Origin: Lingula anatina
Lineage: Eukaryota > Animalia > Brachiopoda
Assembly: GCA_051362555.1 (NCBI GenBank)
Contig: CM120641.1
Location: forward strand, 15,810,001 to 15,874,000
DNA length: 64,000 nucleotides
Reading direction: 5' to 3'
A program made the translations under genes and the position numbers. The notes under the pieces are model-generated. The model saw nothing but the letters and a program-made list of their open reading frames with translations, did not search any database and was not told the origin of the DNA. Below, piece after piece: positions 45,501 through 58,600 of this stretch (position 1 is the first letter of the stretch; each line of letters opens with the position of its first letter).

Positions 45501-48500
45501 AATAAGTATGCACCTACCTCTCTGTAGCCTTTCCTCATCCACTTGCCCTGCAGTTTTCAACTGTTTCACCTGTTCTCTGACTACACTGCTCACTGGTCTC
45601 TGGCCAGACACAGTGGTCAAGTACTGGACCAGCAGAGAGGTCAGAGGAGACTTGGTCTCCAGGGATAACTTATGTAACCTTTCTATGATGCTGGTCAGAG
45701 CTGGGTTCTTCTGAACAATAAAAAAACAGAAATGAAAATCAGAACTTGAGGGTTACTTATGCGAATTACCACTATGTGAATCTCCATTGAGAAGTAAAGA
45801 TCTGTGAAAAACTGAGATACACTGGGCACAAGCTTTACTTGTATCAGATGTTGAGATTTAAAAATTATACCACTTACGTGCATATCAAAACCCATTAATT
45901 CAAGTGGGCGTATGAAAGTAATGACAATTGAGGTTCATCAACCAACCAACCTGTTTTGCCATCAGTATTCTAAAAAGAGGACAAGCCACTGTTGTCTGTT
46001 TGTGAAGACTTGTAGCCAATTCAGCACCTTTATCACCCATTAACATCTGAAAAATAAGGAACATTATCATTCTAAACCAAGCATAAGGAGTATCTACTTA
46101 CAAAGTTGCAATGAAAGTATCTTGACCACCAAAAAATGTCCTGTCCTTTTATCTGTGCCTTTGCCTTCTTGTGTGTACAACAAATACATAACAAATTCCT
46201 TAATGATCTCAGAATTTTAGCTTAAAGGTAATTTTTTTTACTTTTTTATGAATTGCTTATAAATGCATAAATTTTATTCCATCATTGCATTCTCAGCAAT
46301 ATAAGATACCTCATATACTTACATTTCTTAAAGCTTGGGTGACTAATTCTGCAACTGCAGCTTCAAGTGATATTTTCTGAAAAGACAAATCAACAGTATT
46401 AATAAAATTGTTCACACCTCCAACTGAAATTTAGTCTAAGCAATGTTAGTAATTTGTTCCACATAACACCTCACCTTGATAAGTTGTTTATGTTGTTCTT
46501 TCACTTCTTTTCCATTTGGACCTTCTTGAAAGCCAAAAATCTGAATAGGAAAAAATATACCATTTACATCTCAAACAATGCATGATCACAATTTAAACAG
46601 AGTTGATTTCAAATGTCAAAATTGTACCAGCTTCAGTGCATATACTATATTATCTTTTTTTTTTCTTAGTTTAGGAGCTTTTTGTATTCTGAACTACTGG
46701 CCCATTGATAAAAATTAATCTCACCTTCCACAACAATTTTTCCACAGATCTAACATCCCCAGGCATTGTAAAAGGCTCTTCTTTCCTGAATATCTGCGAG
46801 AATGTTCTAGATTTCTTGTCGGGCTTCATTTCAGTATCACCTACGTGGAAATTTGAGCAACATATCAAAAACATGAGGTATCATACTTTCTGGCAAACTT
46901 TGTTACTACCCATCAATTTAAAAGATGTCTACCACTCACTCTCATTTTCTGTAACTTTGGCAGATCAACTGTGGCCAGTATTAGTTGTTTTCCTTGCCTT
47001 AAAGTAGACATCAATTAATTTGTTAAACTTTCCTTCGATCAGAGAAAAACAATGTAGATTTCCACAAAGCATAAGATATATCATATAATAAAATATAGTG
47101 ACTATTTCAATGGCTTTGATCATTACTCATTCTCAATAGCTTGAACAGTATATGGTCAAACCTTTTTCTTCCTTTTCTCTTCCCTCCATCAGCAGCTGTT
47201 GGAACCTCTCCCCTCCTGTTGCTCCTCTCAGTTTCTGAACCTGTATCAACTGATTCATGTACCCCTTGTCCATCACCATGGCTCCCAAACTCTGGCTGTC
47301 CACCTGTGCACCATGGTCAAGACTGGCCAAAAGCTTACTCATGCTCTCTCTAGGGATACCAAATGACTGGACAAACAGAAGCAACTGTCCGGGCTCTAGG
47401 TCTTGCAGAGCTGGGTGGAAGAAATATTTTAATCTTTACACTAAATGTCGATAAATAGTGAACATAAACTTTGAAAAACATTTTCATAAAACTTAACATA
47501 CATAAAATATACTGTATTTTATTTAATGGATTTTTCAGCTGAACTTTTAGTAGAATTTTTTTATTACTGCAAAGTGACATATCTATCCTTCAAACAATTT
47601 TCAGTTTCTTCAGCATGAACTAACCGAGGAAACAATCAAGCCAAATTATTATTCTACTTACCTGCATCCACCAGTCTCTGAACATCAGATTTGATCATCT
47701 TCAGTTTCAGCCAGTCAGGCAGCAGCAGGGCCTCCTCAGATGTGTCAACTAAGTAGGCAGAGGGAGGGGCACCTGACACTGGGAACCAGGTCTCCAACAA
47801 CTCTTCAAACAAAGGTTTCCCTATGGTATAAATGTATCTTGATAAGTATTTAAAACAAATTCACTTAGGGGAGTTCCGGGTTGATGTAAACAAGTTCTTA
47901 GACACTTCAAATAAAACGCATCCATAATTTGATATCAGTACTGTTGAATTATTCTGTTGCCACTTTAAAGAGAAGACTTCAAAGTATGGATATTAAAAAA
48001 AAAAACATCTTGATTTCAATATCTCAAGAGCACAAAATCATGCAAATCTGCCTCTAAAACACAAGAATGGGAACTCCAGTCTTATATGGAGTTTTATGAG
48101 CTTCTAGTAGGTAAACAGATGCCTACCCTCAGTGGTAAACTGTGGAGGTCCAAAGGTCAGTAATATGATCATGGCATGGACAACTAGCACATGCATGGTG
48201 GCTGACTCCCCTGTCTGCCACTGAAGGATGATCTGGTCCTGGGTGTCGGACTTCACATATAAATGAACAGAAAAGAATATCAAAACAAATGAAAGAAACC
48301 ATATCTTATGTAAAATAATGTACACAATTCACTACAGGGTCCTAATCATAAATGATCTAAAATTCTTAGTCCATTGAAATTATAAATCTTTAATTAAAAG
48401 ACAACTAGGCAACAGCCAGTTTGGTGTGCTTTGAAACATTCAAAGGGTAAAACTGACAGTCAAGAAACAGTTGAACTGCTGTGTTTCTGATTGATTATAT

Positions 48501-51500
48501 AATACTGGCAAATGAACGCTGCCTGTTTTTTATATCAAGTAGTATGGTACAAATCACCTCTGCAATATTCAGCGAGTACTGACATGCTGTATTTTTATAT
48601 TTAGCTCAGTTACATGTATGTGTAACTCTGCAGATATATTTCACACTATCAAAATTATAACCAGGAGGTAGTTGGCTAGTTACCCAAGAATAGGCCTGTT
48701 TTTCTGGTTCTCTGGCCTTCCTGAGATAGTTCACAAATAGCTTGATCAGAGCGGTCAGTACATAGTCCTGCTTTGGGGTGGAATGATGACCATCGGAGAG
48801 GATATGACCAATGATGGTGGACCTCTCTACTATCACCTGGGCTATGTCCTGGAATTGAAACAAAACAATAAGGAACTGCCACAACCTATTTCTTAGTCAT
48901 ATCCTACACTGTGGTACTAATGTAAATCGCAAGTCATCTTAAAATGTTAATAATTACAACACAAAGGTAAAATGTTCCTAAATAAGTTATCCAATCCTCA
49001 TGTCATCTTAAACAGTTCAGATTAATACATAAATGATCCAATTATTTCACTTAAAGTTGTTATATTAGGCTTCATAAGTCCCTTGCATTCCCTTAATACT
49101 CATTACAGTATACAAGAGACTAGGAGACTGCATGTTCTGAGCACTTACTAGAGCCAGATCATCCATCTGTTGAAGCTGATATCCAGATGTCTGCCCTGAC
49201 AGGAACACAATGTATGCACTCACAGCAGAAACATCCGTCTCTACCTGACATGCCTGAAGAAGGGAATTAGAATTTTTTACCACAAATTACAGATTTTTAC
49301 TTTTGGTTACATTTTATGCAATCACTGAAAACTGAGGTAAATGTGATCAATCACATTTTCCGAGGCCTTCAGTGATGGCATATCACAAATATAAAAAGGC
49401 CACTAATAGCAATAAACCGAGAATCCAATAAAAATTTATCCAATGCTTGAAATGCCGCAAAAAAAAACTTCATTTGGCAAACATCATTTTGTTGGTAATT
49501 GCATTCAAATAAGTGAAGAATCTAATAAGGTAAGTAATCAGAATAAGAGAAAATTCTAGAACAAATACCATTACCTGTCTAACTGCAAGACAAGCCTGCT
49601 CCCGCACATAGTTAAACAGTGGTAAAGTACATAGCTGGACCAGTAGCCATCTGTGAGATGGGAAGGCACCTGCCAGCTCATCATCGTCTGTCTCCATCTC
49701 TTGAGCTGAGGCATACAGGTGACTCTTAGACAGCACCATGTTCAAACCCTGGAACACAAAGGTATATATTTGTTACTGATAAGGTCACATGGACTATGAG
49801 TATGTCTGCCAATTAATTTCATGCTTCTATCTTCTGAGCTTTGCCCTACAGATGATTTTTGCACTTAAATTTAAAAAAATAAATATATTATAAAATTCTT
49901 ACATATGTCTCTTTAACAGAGTTATTAGTCTTTTAAAGAGACATTTTAAGAAGAAAATTAATTATCAGAACTGAACTTGTACTTTGTTTTAAACTAGGTT
50001 CAAAGAGTTTTCTGTTTTTCACTTCAAAATTTCAATTCATCTAGGACCATGATATGAGGTTTTTCATCATAAAGACCAAGAACCCATTATGAATTTGATC
50101 TCTTTGTTCTAAATATGCTGGGCTGTTTTCGATACAGAATCTCCCACTGTTACAATGTAAATACAGTATACCAACCTTAAGAGCTAGAGCCCTGGATGCC
50201 ACCTGCTGTGAGGAGAGTCTCTTCAGGAAGTAGTTGAGAACTTCACCAACCGTCTTTGGGTCACTATCCTCAGAGAAAAGCAGGGCTTGTAGCCTGGATA
50301 GCAACTGCTCTTGTTTCTTCAATTTCTGTAAGAAAGCATTGCAGTGCTCTTTATATAATAGAAGATACATGTACCTAGCATACCTATTTTTTGTTTGAAA
50401 AATATATAAGTAAAGTACATTATCTTGCCATGAAAATAAAAACATTTATTATACGATAGGGTTACATCTAATAAATTTTTTGAAACGTTTGAAATTAGAG
50501 AATTTGATAGCCACCAATATAAAAAAGTCAAAGCTCCAGGTTCTCTTCCAAAAAAATTCTACCACTGTTGATAAAACTAAGACACAAAGATGCTTCTCTA
50601 AGGCACAGACAGGAGTGCAGTCACAAAGATGTTCCTTCTTCTCTGAAATCAGCTTACCTGCTTCTTTTTGAATTTCTCTGCCTTGCTTTCCTCCTCCTCT
50701 TCCAGGTCATCTATCTCTGGAGTCTCATGCAGCAGGAACTCACAGAGACACTGGACAGGAAGGATCTCCAGGGAACCCTCACTGGACTCCACCAGCTCAG
50801 CCAGCCATGGCATGGACTGGGAGGCACCCTGGAGGAAATACAATGTTCCAGGCCCCAGTTTCACAAAATTATTTAAGTCAGTTCCCTGGCTTAGTTGACT
50901 ATGATTTCAATGAGAGTGCTGTAACACTGTGCCTGGGTAATATGTGTGCATGTGGCCATGTAACCTTGGTAACAAATATGTTAGCCAGGGAACACTACTC
51001 GAGTTTTTTTTCTTTTTTTGTAAAACTTGGGCCAGAGTTTTACAAGGAAACACTACAGTTATAATGGAAAAACTGTAAACACAATGCATCTTGGACATTT
51101 TTTTAATGATCCACTGTATGAACCTGAGGTTATCATCTACAAATGAGTTATATTCTTGAAATTAACTGCAGATAAGTGTGGGTTCTCTTGCATAATGTAT
51201 AATACTTGAATGCAATGTAAGAAATTGGAATGTTACCTAAACTAGAATGTTAGCATGAACAAAGTGACTTTTTCTCACTCAATCATGATGATCTTTATAT
51301 GTTACCTGTCTTTGAATAATATCCAGTAAAAAATCAGGACTTCTACTTCTGCATAGCAGCTGTCCAACTTTGAGTGTTTTGTTTAGCACTCGCAACTGTT
51401 CAAGAACGGCAGATGGTGGCTTTCTGGCTAATCCTCTGAAACGATAAATATCATACAAAATACATCTTTTATCCAACTTGTCCAGAAACACAATGGTATA

Positions 51501-52594
51501 TCAAAACATACTCATGTTTAACGTATGAATTGTAAAGCATCAGACGCTTTGAAATTTTGACGCAAGTTTGAATATTACCTGAAAAAAAATGTTACCCAAA
51601 TGCATTCAAATTACACCATATCTAATCTACAACCATGGACTGCAGCTGTAAGCTGTATAAAAACACCGTGTCTTACCTAGGTTCCATAGAAGTCAGCTGG
51701 GAGATAAGATGGCTGTTTTGTTCTGTGATAGTCATTTTACTGGTAGCTGCTGCCAGGTAGCCCTCAAACTGAAGGATTTCCTGTTTCTCCAGCTGGGCAA
51801 TCTTTACAGGAGAACATAAAGAGTTCATTAATAATTCTAAAACTTAGGGTTAATAATATTTTCTGGGCCTAAGAACAGAAATTATTCATTTAATTTAAAT
51901 AAATACAGTTTCCTCTTTGTTAAAAAAAACTTTAAATTAATGATTCAGAATTTCTGACATCAGAAAGTACATTTTTGTGAGTAATCAAAAATGATAATCC
52001 TTGAAAAAGATAAATATTGGGAAAAGTGAGGTGTTCAACAATCTAAAGTAATTACCACAAATTGTGTTTCAGAATGAGATACTGTGAAACAGTTTTGAGT
52101 TGTACACAAATGTTGAAATCATATAGAAATGAATGATTTTTAAATGACTGATATATCCAAGATTATGTATCAAGTACATATGATGACATGTGTGTTTAAA
52201 TGAGTGAAATATTTACAAACATCACTGCACTGGTGAATAGAAGGACTATCAAAATGTGAGTGATCAAGAAACAACAATAATGATATGCGAATCATTCATC
52301 AGAAAATTATAATCAGAAATAAGTGAAGGTAAAAAAAGTCACCTGCTTTTCTTTTGCTTTATATTCATCAATGGTCTTCTCATCAGTTGTCACAGTGGGT
52401 GGAGGAAAACGGAAAGAGCTAAAGTGATTGTTATAAATTCATATATGAATATGATATATTTGAGATTCAATAAGCAAGATTCTGTTCAAAACAAATTCAA
52501 ACTGTTTTACTTATTAAATGTTACCTAATCAAACAAGAACCAACTTTAAAAAGAAAAGTCAAGTCTAAAAAGGAAAACAATCTCTATTAAAACT

Positions 52595-52626
<32 letters not shown>

Positions 52627-55600
52627 ACTAGAGGATCAGAGAGGCGATACCGCCTCCAAATATTGTACCACCAGCTGGAGCAAACGCATTCGTATAGACC
52701 CCCACATACACAAAATAAGGGACACAACCACCAGTTTTGTGCTTGACAAGCTGTAAAAATGCAATCAACAAGAATTTTTAAACTATTGCAAAAAATATAT
52801 ATGGTACAATCAAATTTAAGTTCTTCGTAAGGTAGGTCAAGGGTCAATTTCAAGGTCACAGTAAATTGCCAGTATATGACTTCCTATTCAAGTTCAAGAG
52901 TAACTATGGACCTATCTCTGTCAAGTTTGAAGTTAAAAGAGAAAGAAATTAGCAGAGTTCAGTTCATGATAAAAAGTAGGTCAAAGGTCAATTTCAAGGT
53001 CACACTTAGATTGCCAGTATAGGACTTCCTATTCAACTTCAATAGTAACTATGGACCTATCTCAGCCAGTTTTGGAGATAAAAGGGAAGCAAAATTTGCA
53101 AAATTCAGTTCATGGTGAAAAGTAGGTCAAAGGTCAATTTCAAGGTCACATTTAGATTGCCAGTATATGACTTTCTATTCAAGTTCAATAGTAACTATGG
53201 ACCTATCTCTGCCAGTTTTGGAGATAAAAGGGAAGCAAAATTTGCAAAGTTCAGTTTAAGGTGAAAAGTAGGACAAAGGTCAATTTTAATGTCACATTTA
53301 TAATGCCAGTATATGACTTCCTATTCAAGTTCAATAGTAACTACAGACCTATCTCAGCCAGTTTTGGAGATAAAAGGGAAGAAAAGTTTGCAAAGTTCAG
53401 TTCATGGTGAAAAGTAGGTCAAAGGTCAATTTCAAGGTCACATTTAGATTGCCAGTATATGACTTCCTATTCAAGTTCAATAGTAACTATGGACCTATCT
53501 CTGTCAAGTTTGAAGTTAAAAGAGAAAGAAATTAGCAGAGTTCAGTTCATGATAAAAAGTAGGTCAAAGGTCAATTTCAAGGTCACACTTAGATTGCCAG
53601 TATATGACTTTCTATTCAAGTTCAATAGTAACTATGGACCTATCTCTGCCAGTTTTGGAGATAAAAGGGAAGCAAAATTTGCAAAGTTCAGTTTATGGTG
53701 AAAAGTAGAACAAAGGTCAATTTTAAGGTCACATTTATAATGCCAGTATATGACTTCCTATTCAAGTTCAATAGTAACTACGGACCTATCTCAGCCAGTT
53801 TTGGAGATAAAAGGGAAGAAAAGTTTGCAAAATTCAGTTCATGGTGAAAAGTAGGTCAAAGGTCAATTTCAAGGTCACATTTAGATTGCCAGTATATGAC
53901 TTCCTATTCAAGTTCAATAGTAACTACGGACCTATCTCTGGCAGTTTTGGAGATAAAAGGGAAGCAAAATTTGCAAAGTTCAGTTTATGGTGAAAAGTAG
54001 GTCAAAGGTCAATTTCAAGGTCACATTTAGATTGCCAGTATATGACTTCCTATTCAAGTTCAATAGTAACTACGGACCTATCTCAGCCAGTTTTGGAGAT
54101 AAAAGGAAAGCAAAATTTGCAAATTTCAGTTCATGGTGTAAAGTAGGTCAAAGGTCAATTTCAAGGTCACATTTAGATTGCCAGTATATGACTTCCTTTT
54201 CAAGTTCAATAGTAACTACGGACCTATCTCAGCCAGTTTTGGAGATAAAAGGGAAGAAAAGTTTGCAAAGTTCAGTTCATGGTAAAAAGTAGGTCAAAGG
54301 TCAATTTCAAGGTCACATTTAGATTGCCAGTATATGACTTCCTATTCAAGTTCAATAGTAACTACGGACCTATCTCTGCCAGTTTTGGAGATAAAAGGGA
54401 AGCAAAATTTGCAAAGTTCAGTTCATGGTGAAAAGTAGGTCAAAGGTCAATTTCAAGGTCACATTTAGATTGCCAGTATATGACTTCCTATTCAAGTTCA
54501 ATAGTAACTACGGACCTATCTCAGCCAGTTTTGGAGATAAAAGGAAAGCAAAATTTGCAAAATTCAGTTCATGGTGTAAAGTAGGTCAAAGGTCAATTTT
54601 AAGGTCACATTTAGATTGCCAGTATATGACTTCCTATTCAACTTCAATAGTAACTACGGACCTATCTCTGCCAGTTTTGGAGATAAAAGGGAAGAAAAAT
54701 TTGCAAAGTGCAGTTCATGGTGAAAAGTAGGTCAAAGGTCAATTTCAAGGTCATAGTAAGATTGCCAGTATATGACTTCCTATTCAACTTCAATAGTAAC
54801 TATGGACCTATCTCTGCCAGTTTGGGAGATATAAGGGACTAGATGTTATAATTTTGGAGTTACCATAATGTGCCTTAAATTTCGTACAGAAAAAATTAAT
54901 TAAAATAAAGAAAATGTCATTTTGGTCAAAATTCTTGAAATAGGAGGTGCTCTGAAGTTTCAGAAGTTCAAATTTGATGAAATAATGTCATTTTTGAACA
55001 CAAGTTGTCTGCTTTGCCAAGCCTTATGTTTTATTTTTCCAGAGTTCAAAATTTATTATCCATTACCGTACTGCACATTTTGCTTTTACCACCAATATGT
55101 ACTTTTTGATACAGCGTAACTCGAAAACCGTATGGAATACAAAAAAACCGAGACCACCTGCAGTGTTGGGCTTTACATGCTCTACAAAATGCAAAAAAGA
55201 ATGGGTCTCTAGCATTAACGGTTCCCGAATTAGAGACAGTTTTCAGTTTCGGTATCTTATGGCCGCTACTCCCGTGAAAATGCACCAATTGACCCCAAAT
55301 TCATGGAGATGAAAGATGACCTGAAGGGTAACACTTTCCAATAATATTATTGGTTAAGTCTGTGTGGTGTCTGAATAACAGGGCAAAAAAAATTTTTTTC
55401 GTAAAAAATTTCATTTTTTTGAAAATTTTGGCCCATTTGACCTTGAAGTAGAGGTCAAAGGTCAAATCCAAGGATATATTTGAAATCTACACATATGACT
55501 TTTGGAAAGCCGTCTATAGAAATTTTTCCCATAACTCCTTCCGTAGGGTAGATAATTAGCATTTAATTTTGCCATTTTTAGACAAGGGTGTATTGCAATG

Positions 55601-58600
55601 AGTGCCACACCCAGACCCCAATACCGACAAAGCCCAAATTTTACGTGGAACGAGTTGAGATTATAGGTGACCTAAATCCATGAGATGGGTACGGGGGCCC
55701 TTACCGTCTAGGAGGAGAAGCGGTAACGGTAGCCGTCCGGCGGAGCCGGCGGAACGATCCGGACGGGACCGAAACCATGTGTACCGCCAGCGCTAACGCT
55801 GGTGGTACAATAAATAAGGAGTCTTACTTTGTCATCACCATCTCCATCATCATTTTGAGAGTTGGGTAATTTTCCCAGGCAGCATAACCTGGAATTACAA
55901 AATTTTAAATATCAACAAGTCTGATTTCACTTCAATGATCCAAATGAATTTTATTGATGCATCCTTACTAATGCCAAGAGCAAGTACTTGAAATACCTAA
56001 ATAAGCTATAAAATATATTTTTGAACTAGACAAATTCTGTCCATTTTGACCACACAAAAGCCTAATCAGAAGTGCAAAGTATAAAAAATGCAATAGTTGA
56101 AGACTTTCTGTACACACTTACCAAATGTGGCAGGATTAAAAGCAGAAATTATCAACAACATAATCCATGCTTTCCAAAAAGAGTTTGAGATGGCCAGCAT
56201 GGGAGGTTTATAGCCCTTTGGAAGCTGTATGTTCTCTGGGTGGTGGTAGGTACACAGGTTGAGTAAGGCATCTATCAGCTCCAGTCTCTCCACATGTAAT
56301 ACATCATAACCTGAAATTTGACATCCAAACTGTTCTTATAATCAGTTTAAGGCATGACCAATATTCACACAATACATGTCTTTCCTCAATAAAAATATCA
56401 TATGTTTTGAACAACAAGAAATACAAATACATAACAACTATTGGATTAAGGCACTCATAACCTCAAAACTGGCATCTATGAATTACAAAATACAGGACAG
56501 GCCATATAAGTCTGTTCAATCCAGCTGCTTTGTAGACAACACTAAAAAACATCACTCATAGCTGCCAGCTTTACCATGACCAGGTTTTTTGATGTTAAAC
56601 CTATAGTGTATAATATTTTTTTCTGCACAAAGCAATCTAATTAGAAACAAATAATAGCAGATCAACCTCTCTATTTAATGTCAAATAACAGCCACGTAAT
56701 TCGCTAACCACAACATGCATTTCATCCTATATGTATGGATTGTATGTGTGTTATCATATTTTAATTATTTATTAAAAAAATCATTTCCAGCACCTACCCT
56801 CTGTGTGCAGTGCTGCTGCCCTCTTCACCAGCTGATCAGCTAACTCCAGAGCATCCACTGCACTGATGGGCAGCTCCTTAGCCAGACCTATGATCAGAAT
56901 TCTCATCAGGGTATCTTCAAGGACAGGAACTTCTGATGTCAGACGAAGCATCATGCTGTGAAAGAAAACATCTTATTAATAACTTATATGTGTTTTTCCA
57001 ATGTTAGCAAACCAAAAACATGAAGGTGCAAAAAGCAACTTTCAATGTTACCTTAAATGCAACTTTTTTAGCACTTTAACCACACAGTCAGCTGAAGCCA
57101 ATTTTGATAACTTCAATTCTCATTTTAGTAAATATCCCCATGGCCTACATTGAGCTACTTACTTTCTATCTCCCTCTGGTGGCCAGTTGTCCAACTTGTA
57201 ATACTGCTCTGGCTGCTCCATGAAGAGAACTTTGTGAATACTAAGAAGAAAAGTGAAGCGATATGTCATACTCTTTAAATGTGAATTTTCACAACAATTA
57301 CCTTGAATGAGAAAAAAGTATTACGAAAATATCATTTAAGGGGCACATACTAGAAATATCTTAGAAGGTACCCACCAGTGAGCATAGTCATTCTGTTTAA
57401 TCCTGAACATGACTGGGACCACAGTGTGGAGCCACCATATGCTGTCCCTTTGTATGATGGCAACTTGACTTTGGAATTGCCGCAGAATTGCCATATCTAA
57501 AGCATAATTGAATTGGATAAACTGTGGTTTGCCAGTTTTATATATAACATAGTCAAACAGAAAAACCTCTGAAGAGGTCTCACAATTCTGTAATTTTCAG
57601 AAATTATAGACTCACATTCAGGCAACTAAATTTCAAACTCAGTTTCAATTGCTTTTTACAGGAGTCAAAATCAATATCTTTCATCTGGCTTAAACAGAGT
57701 AAATACTGTCAAAACAATAGCAATAGGGAGACCATTGAATACAGCTATCATCCTCACCTCTCTGATCACCTCTTGCCTGTGCAGTAACAGCCTCACGCAC
57801 TCCTGGTGTGATACTTAGCAACTGACACAAAGATATCAAATCTGTCAGTCCTTGGAGCAGACGATCCTAAAACATTTCAGTGATAAATTGTTTAATAATC
57901 ATACAATGTATCTGATTTTTTTAAATTTATGCATCACAAATCCATACAATTATCCCTTTACTGCATCAATAGTCTCATCTAACTCAGCTGCCACATATAT
58001 GCTTTTAGTGTTCTCTATTTTGCATAGATTTACAGTGATTTTTTTAAAAAAATAAGCACAAAATTATTTTCAATTTCACCTTCAGAGGGCCATCTAACTC
58101 CATAAATTTAAGTTCAGTTCTTTCCCTCATCAAGCCCAGAGCAAATGCTGGGAAGTTCACGTCATATCTCAGAGACCTTGCTATCTCTCTGAACAAAGCC
58201 CTCAAAGCTCTCAGGTAGTCATCCTTGTTTGCTAGTAGGTCTTGAAATATCTCTGCCAATAGCTAAAAGAGTAAATATATTATTCTTTAAGAGTCTTTTT
58301 TTAAGTTTAACATATTTTGCTAACATTCAAAGAAGGCTGCAAAGACATCTTTATTTAAGTGTACTTAATCAAAATGGCAATATAAAATGTTCACTTGTAA
58401 ATGACATTTTCCTTCATGACATTAAAATAAAAAAGGTACAAGATGGTGAACAGAATAAATCATAATCACAATAAAAAATCAATATGAGATATATAAAGTA
58501 ACAAAAGGTGTTGTTTCATTACCTTTGGTGCCTCCTCTGGGGCAAACTGGAATATGACCCCCAATATGGTCATGTTGTTGGGGTTCCTTGTGTTGGACAG

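Noticed and set aside
52832-54838. CRISPR-like array, or coding ORFs (53459-54730) in the repeat
   Set aside because: Units are contiguous with no unique spacers, the context is a eukaryotic intron, and the ORFs are by-products of the periodicity.
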